From Octopus vulgaris (taxonomy: Eukaryota), in NCBI GenBank assembly GCA_951406725.2, contig OX597822.1, positions 113,770,001 through 113,834,000 of the forward strand: a stretch of 64,000 nt of DNA, in the 5' to 3' direction. Made by a program: the position numbers and the translations under genes. The first letter of the stretch is position 1, and each line of letters starts with the position of its first letter. The notes beneath the pieces were generated by a model. The model worked only from the letters and a program-made list of their open reading frames with translations, was not told the origin of the DNA and ran no database searches. Positions 40,368-50,100 of this stretch are shown piece after piece.

Positions 40368-42160
40368 CATATACGATGGGCTTCTTTCAGTTTCCATCTA
40401 CCAAATCCACTCACAAGGCTTTGGTCGGCCCAAGGCTATAGTAGAAGACACTTGCCCAAGGTGCCATGCAGTGGGACTGTACCCAGAACCATGTGGTTGG
40501 TAAACAAGCTAGTTACCACACAGACCCTCCTACACCTTATATATATATACATATATTATCATCATTTATCATCCATTTTCCATGCTGGCATGGGTTGGAT
40601 AGTCTAACAGGATCCAGCAAGCTGTAAGGCCATATCAAGTGCCGAGCCCCAATGTCAGCAGTAGCTTGGTTTCTGTGGCTGGATGCTCTTCCTAACACCA
40701 ACCACTTTACAGAGTGTACTGGATGTTTTTCTCACGCCCGCAATGACCCAGTGGTTAGGGCAGCAGACTTGCAGTCATAGGATCGCGGTTTCGATTCCAA
40801 GACCAGGTGTTGTGAGTGTTTATTGAGCAAAAACATCTAAAGCTCCACGGCTCCGGCAGGGGGTGGTGGTGGCAATCCCTGCTGTACTCTTTCGCCACAA
40901 CTTTCTCTCACTCTTTCTTCTGTTGGCCTGCTCGCTTAGCCAGCGGGGTGGCATCATTTGAAGGGTAAAACAATGCGAAGCGCATTGTGACCAGCGATGT
41001 GTAGCAACATCTGATAGCCTGGTCGGTCACGGTGATATATATATAAAACATTACTACCAAACTGAAATTAGGAAATGGTTTACCTGTAGAATGCTAAAAA
41101 ATTTCTGTTGCTAATCTCATTTACAAAAATACATGGTCTCTCTCTCTCTCTTTTTTTTTTCTTTTGTTTTCTTCGTGGTTAAATGTGAATTTCGATCAAT
41201 ATTTTGGGGCAATTGATCAGTCACTAATATTAAAGCAGTTTAAAGTTTTACAATGTAAGCGCTATATTAATTCAGTGACTTCATGTTTTTGTGCCTGTGG
41301 CACGTAAAAACCACCATCCGAACGTGGCTGATGCCAGCGCCACCTTGACTGGCTTCCATGCCGGTGGCACGTAAAAAGCACCAATCCGATCGTGGCCGTT
41401 ACCAGCCTCGCCTGGCACTTGTGCCGGTGGTTGGCGTTAGGAAGAGCATCCAGCTGTAGAAACACTGCCAGATCAGACTGGAGCCTGGTGCAGCCTCCTG
41501 GCTTCCCAGAACCCAGTTGAACCGTCCAACCCATGCTAGCATGGAAAACGGATGCTAAACGATGGTGATGATGATGATCTCTATCATTCAGTTATTTTGT
41601 TTTATTTTAGGGAAAATCTCGAAAGTGAGTCCAAAGAGAAATGCATATACACAAATGCCAGTAGTGGAGCTGGAGTTGGAAAACTTAAGCATTGCATTCA
41701 AGAAGCCATCCTTAATACTAGTAACTGGAAACAAAGAAAGTTTCGGATCAGTATGGGGAGCCCTCTTTTCCAGTAAGTATTGCCAACAATTATTAATTTT
41801 ATACCATTTTTTACCCAAACTCACTATTTTCATAGTCTTTCATTTTTTATTAGTTTCACTGTATATATGATATACATATGTGTGTGTGTGTGTATATATA
41901 ATAATAAAATAAATGCACCCTTTTCAAGCCTAGCCAAGCTCATGGGCCCGGTTTCTCGGTTTCTATGGTGTATGTGTTCCCCAGCTGGACAGGACGCCAG
42001 TCCATCGCAGTGTTACTCATTTTTGCCAGCTGAGTGGACTGGAGCAATGTGAAATGAAGTGTTTTGCTCAAGAACACAACACGTCGCCTGGTCCAGGAAT
42101 CGAAACCACAATCTTACGATCATGATGCTGACACCCTAACCACTAAGCCACGCGCCTCCA

Positions 42161-42203
<43 letters not shown>

Positions 42204-44182
42204 CTGGGCCTGATGCAGCCTTCTGGCTTCACAGACCCCAGTTGAACCATCCAACCCATGCTAGCATGGAAAGCGGATACTAAATGATGATGATATATAT
42301 ATATATATATATATATATAGAAACACTGCCAGATCTGACTGGCCTGGTGCAGCCTTCGGGCTCCCCAGACCCCAGTTGAACCGTCCAACCCATGCTAGCA
42401 TGGAAAGCGGACGTTAAATGATGATGATGATGATGATGATAACTCCCCTTAAGACCTCTTTCAGTCATGAATGACCATGGGAGTGCACCTAGGAAGTTTC
42501 CCTTCCAAGGCACAAATCTGGGCAAAGTTGTTTCTGGAAGATCCACAGTCACCCATGCATACCAGTCTCTCATATCCACACCACTGATGTTGTTCAAGAG
42601 AAAGGCAAAGGCTAATTACAGTGTTTGGCACCAGTGACATTGCAACTCATTTCTACAGCTGAGTGAACATGAAATCAAGTGTCTTGCTCAAGAACACAAC
42701 ACACAGTCCTGTCCTGGAATCAAACTCACAACCTCAGGATTGCAAGCCTGATGGTCCAACCACTGAACCACAAACAAACACACACACACACATCTATATA
42801 TATAAAGCTGAAATTGTCTGTGTATGGCAGGTCTGGTAGCCTTCAACTAACACTATCTCCTCCGAGACCCTGCGGTGCAAGTTGACCAAAATTGAGAGTA
42901 TGATAGAAGAAGGCTTGCTCTTCATTCCATAGAAGATAAAATTCGAATTGGACCATGTTAAGACCAAAAATTATTTACATCAAAAAGGTGCTTTTTTTCT
43001 ATGAAAATCCCTATTTTTTACGATTTTTTGACTGCTGTGTCACCATTTTTCGGTGTATTTCAACCAGAAATATGTCCACTTAAAGAGAATAACAAGCTAC
43101 ATAATGCAAAATGTTTCCAATTCTAAAGGGTCGAAACAAACCCGAGTAATGCCAGGCAATACTGCTAGTATATATATAAGTGGAGGCGCAATGGCCCAGT
43201 GGTTAGGGCAGCGGACTCGCGGTCGTAGGATCGTGGTTTCGATTCCCAGACCGGGCGTTGTGAGTGTTTATTGAGCGAAAACACCTAAAGCTCCACGAGG
43301 CTCCGGCAGGGATGGTGGTGATCCCTGCTGTACTCTTTCACCACAACTTTCTCTCTCTCTTACTTCCTGTTTCTGTTGTACCTGTATTTCAAAGGGCCAG
43401 CCTTGTCACTCTCTGTGTCACGCTGAATATCCCCGAGAACTACGTTAAGGGTACACGTGTCTGTGGAGTGCTCAGCCACTTACACGTTAATTTCACGAGC
43501 AGGCTGTTCCGTTGATCGGATCAACCGGAACCCTCATCGTCGTAACCGACGGAGTGCTTCCATCCATATATATAAATTCAAGAAGTGCATGCAGAACAGT
43601 AAGAAACCAAACGATAATACAGTTATCCTTTTGTAATGCATTCTGACCGATTCAACAACGAATATCTGATTGCTCTTGTTTTCCATCTGCTAAGAACAGC
43701 TCCTTCTTTTAGACAATGTGTAATCATGATACACATGATTCACCAGTGTAAGGGGCAGTTTGAGACCAGTAATGTTTCAATCACATCATGTGGTTTTCTC
43801 AATGCGTATACTCTTTACTCTTTTACTTGTTTCAGTCATTTGACTGTGGCCATGCTGGAGCACCGCCTTTAGTCGAGCAAATCGACCCTGGGACTTATTC
43901 TTTGTAAGCCTAGTACTTATTCTATCGGTCTCTTTTGCCAAACCGCTAAGTGATGGGGACGTAAACACACCAGCATCGGTTGTCAAGCAATGCTAGGAGG
44001 ACAAACACAGACACACAAACATATACACACACATTTGAAACTGACTTATTGAAATCCACCTGAAGATTGTCGATCAAGACAAGAAACGATTGTAGTGGCG
44101 GTTTTTTTGACTATTTATTAAAATTTTATGTATTGATTAAGTCTTTCCTTGTTTGTTTTGCAAAATAGTGGTTTTGTCTCTA

Positions 44183-44229
<47 letters not shown>

Positions 44230-45857
44230 CATATATACGACAGGCTTCTTTCAGTTTCTGTCTACCAAATCCACTCACAAGGCTTTGGTCGGCCCGAGGC
44301 TATAGTAGAAGTCACTTGTCCAAGGTGCCATGCAATGGGACTGGACCCGGAACCATGTGGTTAGTAAGCAAGCTACTTACCACACAGCCACTCCTGCGCC
44401 TGTATATATATATATATACAAGATCCCTTCTTGGAAAAGCAGATAAAGGGTTATTGACAGGAAGACCACCTGGTTGTAAAGGTATGCCTCAATATATTCA
44501 TTTTAGCCATGCTAACATGAAATAGACATTCTTTTTTTTTTTTCTTTTAATTGTTTCAGTCATATGACTACGGCCATGCTGGAGCACCACCTTTAGTTGA
44601 GCAAATCGACCCCAGGACTTATTCTTTGTAAGCCTAGTACTTATTCTATCCGTCTCTCTTGCCGAACCGCTAAGTTAAGGGGATGTAAACACACCAGCAT
44701 CGGTTATCAAGCGATGTTGGTGGGGACAAACACAGACACATATTCATACATACATTTATATATATATATATACGACAGGCTTCTTTCAGTTTCCGTCTAC
44801 CAAATCCATTCACAAGGCTTTGGTCAGCCCGAGGCTATAGTAGAAGACACTTGCCCAAGGTGCCACGCAATGGGACTGAACCCTGAACCATGTGGTTGGT
44901 AAGCAAGCTACTTACCACACAGCCACTTGAAAGAATCTAAAACAAATAAATGTTAATAATTATAGGAAAGCTAATTTAATCTAAAACAGTTTCAAGCAAT
45001 ATTTTTGTTGACATCCATTTTTCCATGTCACTATTGGCTGAAAAGATATGAAAATTTCACTATTTCCATGTCTTGCTGAAAGGCATTGTTCCTGCTCTCA
45101 AAAAATAATATAATTGGTGGCATCTATTTTTCCAGGTTAATTAAATCAACGACTATAATATACATAGGCGCAGGAGTGGCTGTGTGGTAAGTAGCTTGCT
45201 AACCAACCACATGGTTCCGGGTTCAGTCCCACTGCGTGGCATCTTGGGCAAGTGTCTTCTGCTATAGCCCCGGGCCGACCAATGCCTTGTGAGTGGATTT
45301 TGTAGACGGAAACTGAAAGAAGCCTGTCGTATATATGTATATATATATATGTGTGTGTGTGTTTGTGTGTCTGTGTTTGTCCCCCTAGCATTGCTTGACA
45401 ACCGATGCTGGTGTGTTTATGTCCCCGTCACTTAGCGGTTTGGCAAAAGAGACCGATAGAATAAGTACTGGGCTTACGAAGAATAAGTCCTGAGGTCGAT
45501 TTGCTCGACTAAAGGCGGTGCTCCAGCATGGCCGCAGTCAAATGACTGAAACAAGTAAAAGAATAAAAGAAAAGAATAATAGACTTAAGCCACAACATAG
45601 ATTTACTTACATGTTTTAAATTCCTGACCTTTTTTAAATTCCTGATTTTTTTTATAGTATTTATTTAAACTTCTGCTTTATTATATTCTAGATGGCTCCA
45701 ACAAGAATCAAGCATTGTTTCAGCGGTTCCTGATGACACCAAAGAAAATCTCATTGTCACTGTGGTCCTCACAGATTCTACGTATTACCGATTTAAAGCA
45801 GAATTTAAGAAACAAAGGAAGAAAAACCTCCAGGCTACAACAGACGTTACAGCATGA
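25894..45857 (+). CDS. GTPBP6: Putative GTP-binding protein 6 (HflX-family mitochondrial GTPase), complete 11-exon gene model, about 534 aa
   Basis: Exons 25894-26098, 27130-27234, 28687-28790, 31333-31514, 32840-32929, 35043-35154, 35899-36019, 38828-39036, 39925-40073, 41611-41772 and 45692-45857 join in frame (1605 nt) with GT-AG introns. The translation has HflX motifs FGKGN, DRYNIVLQIF..AKTKEVKLQVALAE, G1 GYTNAGKTS, G2 LFATLD, G3 DTVGF and G4 NKVD. An upstream in-frame ATG at 25843 is an alternative start. Confidence 0.93.
27130..27234 (+). CDS. GTPBP6: GTPBP6 exon 2
   Basis: tttttcag| EDIEELLRRDEKYQEYVREYFSIPETGQRVFLIQP |gtaagt. Confidence 0.88.
27462..27873 (-). mobile_element. SINE family A (a partial + copy lies at about 27255-27450)
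   Basis: Sequence identity to other copies. Confidence 0.85.
28103..28613. mobile_element. pogo/Tigger-like MITE
   Basis: TIRs CCGTAAATCCTCGAATA / TACTCAAGGATTTATGG, TA flanks, internal subterminal repeats. Confidence 0.75.
28687..28790 (+). CDS. GTPBP6: GTPBP6 exon 3
   Basis: tttcag| NVKRGPQRSLSSIRSQLEESVALVETLPNWKVVGK |gtaagg. Confidence 0.92.
29915..30215 (-). mobile_element. tRNA-derived SINE family C, tail type 3
   Basis: Head TGGCCTGGTGGTTAGAGC...GGTTCGAATC, central AAACACCTAAGCTCCACG..CTCTTTCGCCACAACTTT. Confidence 0.75.
30430..30740 (-). mobile_element. Degenerate RTE LINE 3' fragment
   Basis: LLAQVKRQKFTWYGYV..KRGRQKKSWFDNIKGWT..NRDQW. Confidence 0.65.
31333..31514 (+). CDS. GTPBP6: GTPBP6 exon 4
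   Basis: tttttcag| KIVATKSPDSKPVFGKGNF...VWKIPVYDR |gtaatc. Confidence 0.94.
32840..32929 (+). CDS. GTPBP6: GTPBP6 exon 5
   Basis: tttttag| YNIVLQIFKEYAKTKEVKLQVALAEIPYIR |gtaata. Confidence 0.94.
35043..35154 (+). CDS. GTPBP6: GTPBP6 exon 6
   Basis: ttatag| SRLPSVHGGSLSITAGGTKHTGGTTPMYLEQRYKYLQ |gtaatt; phases match both neighbours. Confidence 0.88.
35899..36019 (+). CDS. GTPBP6: GTPBP6 exon 7 (coiled coil and first half of the P-loop)
   Basis: tttaaag| DWELKLKKALKKVRKQREIVRQNRLKKQIPIVAVVGYTNAG |gtaggg. Confidence 0.93.
36191..36783 (+). mobile_element. RTE 3'-UTR-derived insertion with about 6.6 perfect 63-bp tandem units and (GAT)n tail
   Basis: Unit TGCCAGCCTCGTCTGGCACCTGTGTCGGTGGCACATAAAAAACACCATCCGAGCGTGGCCGTC; 3' part matches the 3' UTRs of the LINEs at 50130-53160 and 56825-58170. 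Related copies at about 30790-31128, 33908-34275, 35365-35610, 39240-39740, 41290-41578, 46238-46680, 55950-56366, 58847-59310, 60113-60335. Confidence 0.88.
37930..38447 (+). mobile_element. CR1-clade LINE 3' end with (ATT)n tail
   Basis: [56 protein letters not shown]; second copy at 61655-62108. Confidence 0.88.
38828..39036 (+). CDS. GTPBP6: GTPBP6 exon 8 (end of G1, G2, G3)
   Basis: atcacag| KTSIIKALTADAKLQPVDQLFATLDVTAHAG...DTVGFISNIPTTLIEAFAATLEDAIIA |gtaagt. Confidence 0.95.
39925..40073 (+). CDS. GTPBP6: GTPBP6 exon 9 (G4)
   Basis: atttag| DVVVHVRDISHEDTKAQ...IEVKNKVDLLLG |gtgagt. Confidence 0.94.
40095..40536 (-). mobile_element. SINE family A
   Basis: Full-length reverse copy about 20 bp after the GTPBP6 exon 9 donor. 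Confidence 0.85.
40735..41036 (+). mobile_element. tRNA-derived SINE family C, tail type 1
   Basis: Same head and centre as 43182-43565 with a different 3' end; the tail alone occurs at 7995-8107. Confidence 0.75.
41611..41772 (+). CDS. GTPBP6: GTPBP6 exon 10
   Basis: ttttag| ENLESESKEKCIYTNASSGAGVGKLKHCIQEAIL...RISMGSPLF |gtaagt. Confidence 0.9.
41905..42160 (-). mobile_element. tRNA-derived SINE (family D)
   Basis: Head GGAGGCGCGTGGCTTAGTGGTTAGGG...GTTTCGATTCC, body CTGCGATGGACTGGCGTCCTGTCCAG. Confidence 0.7.
42793..43168 (+). mobile_element. Non-autonomous Helitron
   Basis: A|TC 5' end, subterminal GC hairpin remnant (CCCGAGTAATGCCAGG), CTAG|T 3' end, no TSD; internal fragment inverted at about 37088-37265. 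Confidence 0.75.
43182..43565 (+). mobile_element. tRNA-derived SINE family C, tail type 2
   Basis: GGAGGCGCAATGGCCCAGTGGTTAGGGC...GGTTTCGATTCCC head, CpG-rich and therefore probably young. Confidence 0.78.
43810..44400 (-). mobile_element. SINE family A interrupted by a 150-bp hammerhead-bearing insert
   Basis: SINE halves at 43810-44035 and 44235-44400 with unrelated sequence at about 44036-44190. Confidence 0.8.
44056..44098 (+). ncRNA. Minimal type-I hammerhead ribozyme motif (Penelope/retrozyme type)
   Basis: CCAC-CTGAAGA-TTGTC-gatcaa-GACAA-GAAAC-gatt-GTA-GTGG: complete CUGANGA/GAAA/GUH core with stems I, II and a 2-bp stem III. Confidence 0.8.
44545..44927 (-). mobile_element. SINE family A
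   Basis: Full-length reverse copy. Confidence 0.85.
45166..45572 (+). mobile_element. SINE family A
   Basis: Full-length forward copy. Confidence 0.88.
45692..45857 (+). CDS. GTPBP6: GTPBP6 exon 11 (last coding exon)
   Basis: ttctag| WLQQESSIVSAVPDDTKENLIVTVVLTDSTYYRFKAEF...VTA then TGA; resembles the GTPBP6 C-terminus (WLYKEA...YGKF). Confidence 0.9.
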
Positions 45858-47002
45858 GCTAACGACAATCTTAACGAACTGAAAACTTTCCGAGTGAAAT
45901 AATGTTCAAATATTTCATATTGAAAGAATCTTAATTAGTTTCAATTCTTTGGATATTTAAATTTTTAGATAAATATTTTTCTATAATTTTCCAATGATTT
46001 CGACCTTATTTTAAATTTTCAAACGTTTAATTGTTGGTAAACTAAATTTGTAACTCAGTTTTAGTTCCTACTTTTAACCATTTCCTTTGAAAATATAAAT
46101 ACCACATTTATTTTGAGTGCCTTCCCCAAGACACTTTTACAGTTTGGGGTTTTCCGTGGACAGTCAGGATTGAAAGATAGTTCTCAGGATCCTTTAGGAG
46201 CCACTAAAACTAGATGGGGAGTAAGCATCCAAAGACATCATCATTATCATCATCATCGTTTAATGTCCGTTTTCCATGCTGGCATGGGTTGGACGGTTTG
46301 ACTGGGGTCTAGGAAACCAGGAGGTTGAACCAGGCTCCAATCTGATCTGGCAGTGTTTCTACAGCTGGATGCCCTTCCTAATATCAACCACTCCGAGAGT
46401 GTAGTGGGTACTTTTTACATGTCACCAGCACAGGCCAGAGGGGGCTGGCATCGACCATGTTTGGATGGTGCTTTTACTTTCCACTGGCACAGGAGCCAGT
46501 CAAGGCGGTGCTGGCACTGGCCACATTCGGACAGTGCTTTTTACGTGCCACTGGTACAGGAGCCGGTCGGGGCGAGGGGGCTGGCATCGACCACATTCGG
46601 ATGGCGCTTTTTACGGGCCACCAGCACAGAGAGCCAGACAGGCGGTGTCGGCATCAGCCACAACTACAATTTCCAAGACCAGGTAGGAATAATGAACTAG
46701 GTGACAGAAACATGGAAATTCAGATTACATGTGCTGCAGTTAACACATTTTGCCCCAGAGAAACTGAAATTAGCTGCTAATTTAATAATGAAACAATACA
46801 AGTGATTTGGAATCAATAAGTGGAAAAACTTATTCAGGTATTTTATTAGATTCTGACATATGAGATCCAAAAACATTTTCTCAATAAAATTACAAACTCT
46901 ATCATACAAACTCATATTTATATATAACTCTATCATACAAACCATCAGAAATGTGAAAAAAAAATCTATTCTGAATTTTAAAAAAACTGAAAATATTCCT
47001 AA

Positions 47003-47108
47003 TTACTTGTCTGATATATTCTCTGAAGATTCCTCTGCTGACATATTTGTCAACTGTTGTTGCCACATTGAGCTATAAGCACCTTCAGCTTTGATCAACT
47101 CAGTATGC
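47003..47108 (-). CDS. ABCB6: ABCB6 last coding exon
   Basis: ttacag| [34 protein letters not shown] then TAA. Confidence 0.92.
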
Positions 47109-50100
47109 CTGTAATAGATAAAAAAAAAAAAGCCAAATCAGAAGACAAGGTCACACTAAGTTCTGTGTACTTAAGAATATTTTTGATTTTGAAGGCTGTG
47201 ACACCTCAATATATTTTAAAGAGAACATGTTCCATAATCTCTTTAAGAGGAATGGTTCTCTGTAAATGGAGCATTTATCAATAGGAGCAACAGTGAAGAT
47301 CAATAACCAATGAGTAAAATTTGTCTCCAAAGCTTTCTGAAATAATCTCATGGTTGTAGAAGAAGCTGGAAAATGGTTCCAAAAATAAGTGTGGAGAGAA
47401 AATCACAAAAGAAGGGCTTGGATGAGGGTTTCTTTACAAACTTCAGGTAGCATTAACACTTTAAGTGTTCAGCTTGTACTGGTCACATGCCAGTGTTTAT
47501 GAATACCAGTTCAATGAGGCATTAAAGTTCATGGCCTCTGCAGTTATCTGCAAGTGGAGTCCATTATCATTTGTGATTTCAAAGATGATTTGAGGATAAA
47601 TTTAAAGAAAATTCAATATAAACAAAAACTGAGTGGTGATAGATGTGAAATGTGGGTCCTGTGCAAAAATTCAGAACAAATTTGTAAGAAATAGCAAGAT
47701 TAATTTGTGTAAGACTTGAGATTAAGCAATCATATTAATGCAGGGCTCAAATGGGGATTGTTGTAACTCATCAAACTACAGCTATTTTAGGAGTATGAAC
47801 ATGTTAACCCTTTAGTTACTGCATTTATTTTGAGATGCTCTGAGTTTCTTTCAATTACTTTCAATACAACAAAGAATTTACTAAAATAACTTAGTTATCA
47901 TTCAGCTGGTGTTAGGAACATAAATTGTGATTAAGGTTTGGTGGAAGATTTTAATTCAAAACTTAGGGAAACAAGACATTTGTGCTACAGAGCCAGAGGC
48001 AGTTTCAGCCAGGTTGGTAACAAAAGGGTTAAGTTACAGGAAGGTGAACATAAGTGGTCCAGAAGTGTCTTGTTGAAGTGGAGATACACAACTAGCCCAG
48101 GTGGAAAAAGGGAGACAATGGTGAAGAGATGACAGGGTATCACCTCTTCACCACCTTAACCCTTTCACTACTATATTCATTTTGAGATGCTCTGTGTTTC
48201 TTTCAATTACTTTCAATACAACAAAGAATTTACTAAAATAACTTAGTTACCATTCAGCTAGTGTTAGGAACATAAATTGTGACTAAAGTTTGGTGGAAGA
48301 TTTTAATTCCAAACTAATGAAAACAAGACATTTGTATTCAGAGCCAGAGCCGGTTTCAGCCGGATTAGTAACAAAAAGGTTAATGACAATCAAACTTTTA
48401 TCTTGATTATTTAATAACTTCAGATCTGAAAGTATCAAAACACAGGTACTTACGTTCCTCGTTCTATAATTACGCCTTCATGAAGAACTAAAATTTGGTC
48501 AGCATGAATAACAGTGGAAAGGCGATGTGCTACGATAATAGTTGTGCGGTTTTCACATACACGTGATAATGATGCTTGGATGTTTCTTTCGGTTTCGGTA
48601 TCCAGGGCTGATGTTGCTTCATCCAGAAGGACGATAGCTGGAGCCTTTAACAATGTCCGAGCAATCGCAACTCTCTGCTTTTCTCCACCACTCAGTTTCA
48701 AACCTCTTTCACCAACAACTGTATCATAACGATTTGGAAATGACATAATCCGTTCGTGAATATCGGCACCAGCAGCAGCTTCCTGAATGTCTCTTTCGTC
48801 ACTCTTGAAACGACCATAACGAATATTATATCTACAAAAGCAAAAAGCCAATTAGGTTAATTATACACCGTCTTGCAATCAACCGTGTGTCTTTATTAAA
48901 ACTGAAGCCAAAACAGTCCAACAAATTCTTTATCTCAACGTCTTTAAAACCAGCAACACAAATGTTCAGGCAACAAAATTTCACTTTTCCTATCTTTTTA
49001 TAACATAAAGTAAATTAATTTAGCAGGTGAAGACACGGCTGAGTGGTAAGAAGCTTGCTTACAAACCACATGGTTCCAGGTTCAGTTCCACTGTGTGACA
49101 CCTTGGGCAAGTGTCTTCTATAGCCTCCAGCCCACCAAAGCCTTGTGAGTGGATAGAAACTAAAAGAAGCCCATTGTGAGTATATATATATATCATCATC
49201 ATCGTTTAATGTCCGCTTTCCATGCTAGCACGGGTTGACTGTGGGCTGGCGAACCAGATGGCTGCACCAGGCTCCAGTCTTGATCTGGCAGAGTTTCTAC
49301 AGCTGGATGCCCTATATATATATATATGTGTGTGTGTGGGTGTGTGTATATATATGCGCGGGCATGGCTGTGTGGTTAGGAAGCTTGCTTCCTAGCTACA
49401 TGGTTTCGGGTTCAGTTCCACCGCATGGCACTTTGGGCAAGTGTCTTCTGCTATAGCCTCGAGCCGACCGGAGCTTTGTGATTGAATTTGGTAGGCAGAA
49501 GTTACTGCCGTATGTGTAGGTGCTTGTGCCTCTCCGAGAGAGAGAGAGAGGGATATATATATATATATATGTATGTATATGTATATGTGTGTGTGTGTGT
49601 CTTTGTGATGTTGCTTCATCCAGTGTTGTGCTTACATCCCCAAAACTCAGGGGTCTGGCAAAGTCTTTTATAGTTTGATGAATTTCAATTGTGAAACAAA
49701 ATTTTCTTTATCAAACTAGTTTTATCAAGTTTACTTAAAAAGTAAAGAAATATTCTTAAATCAAATGCTAGAGATCCTAGAAAATATGTTAGCAAAGACC
49801 AATTAAAGTAATATATTTAATTAGGTCTTTTGATAAAATATAATATTTCACCTGATGTCATCATTGAAAAGGACAGTGTCTTGGGGTACCACACCAATAT
49901 ATTGGCGAAGTGAACTTTGAGTAACCTAAAAACAGACAAAAAATAACAAAGAAACTGTGATTTTATGGAAATCAATAAATTGTGATTATGGAATTAATTT
50001 CCAAATTTACATTCAAAACTAAAACCAAAAAAATTTTAATTTAACTTGCAACAAAAAATCAATATGTTTTCTATATAATTTGTTTAGGTTTTCATATAAT

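Noticed and set aside
43182-43256. tRNA gene
   Set aside because: A and B boxes are present but the acceptor stem and anticodon arm do not form a proper cloverleaf. It continues into a repeated body, so it is a SINE head.
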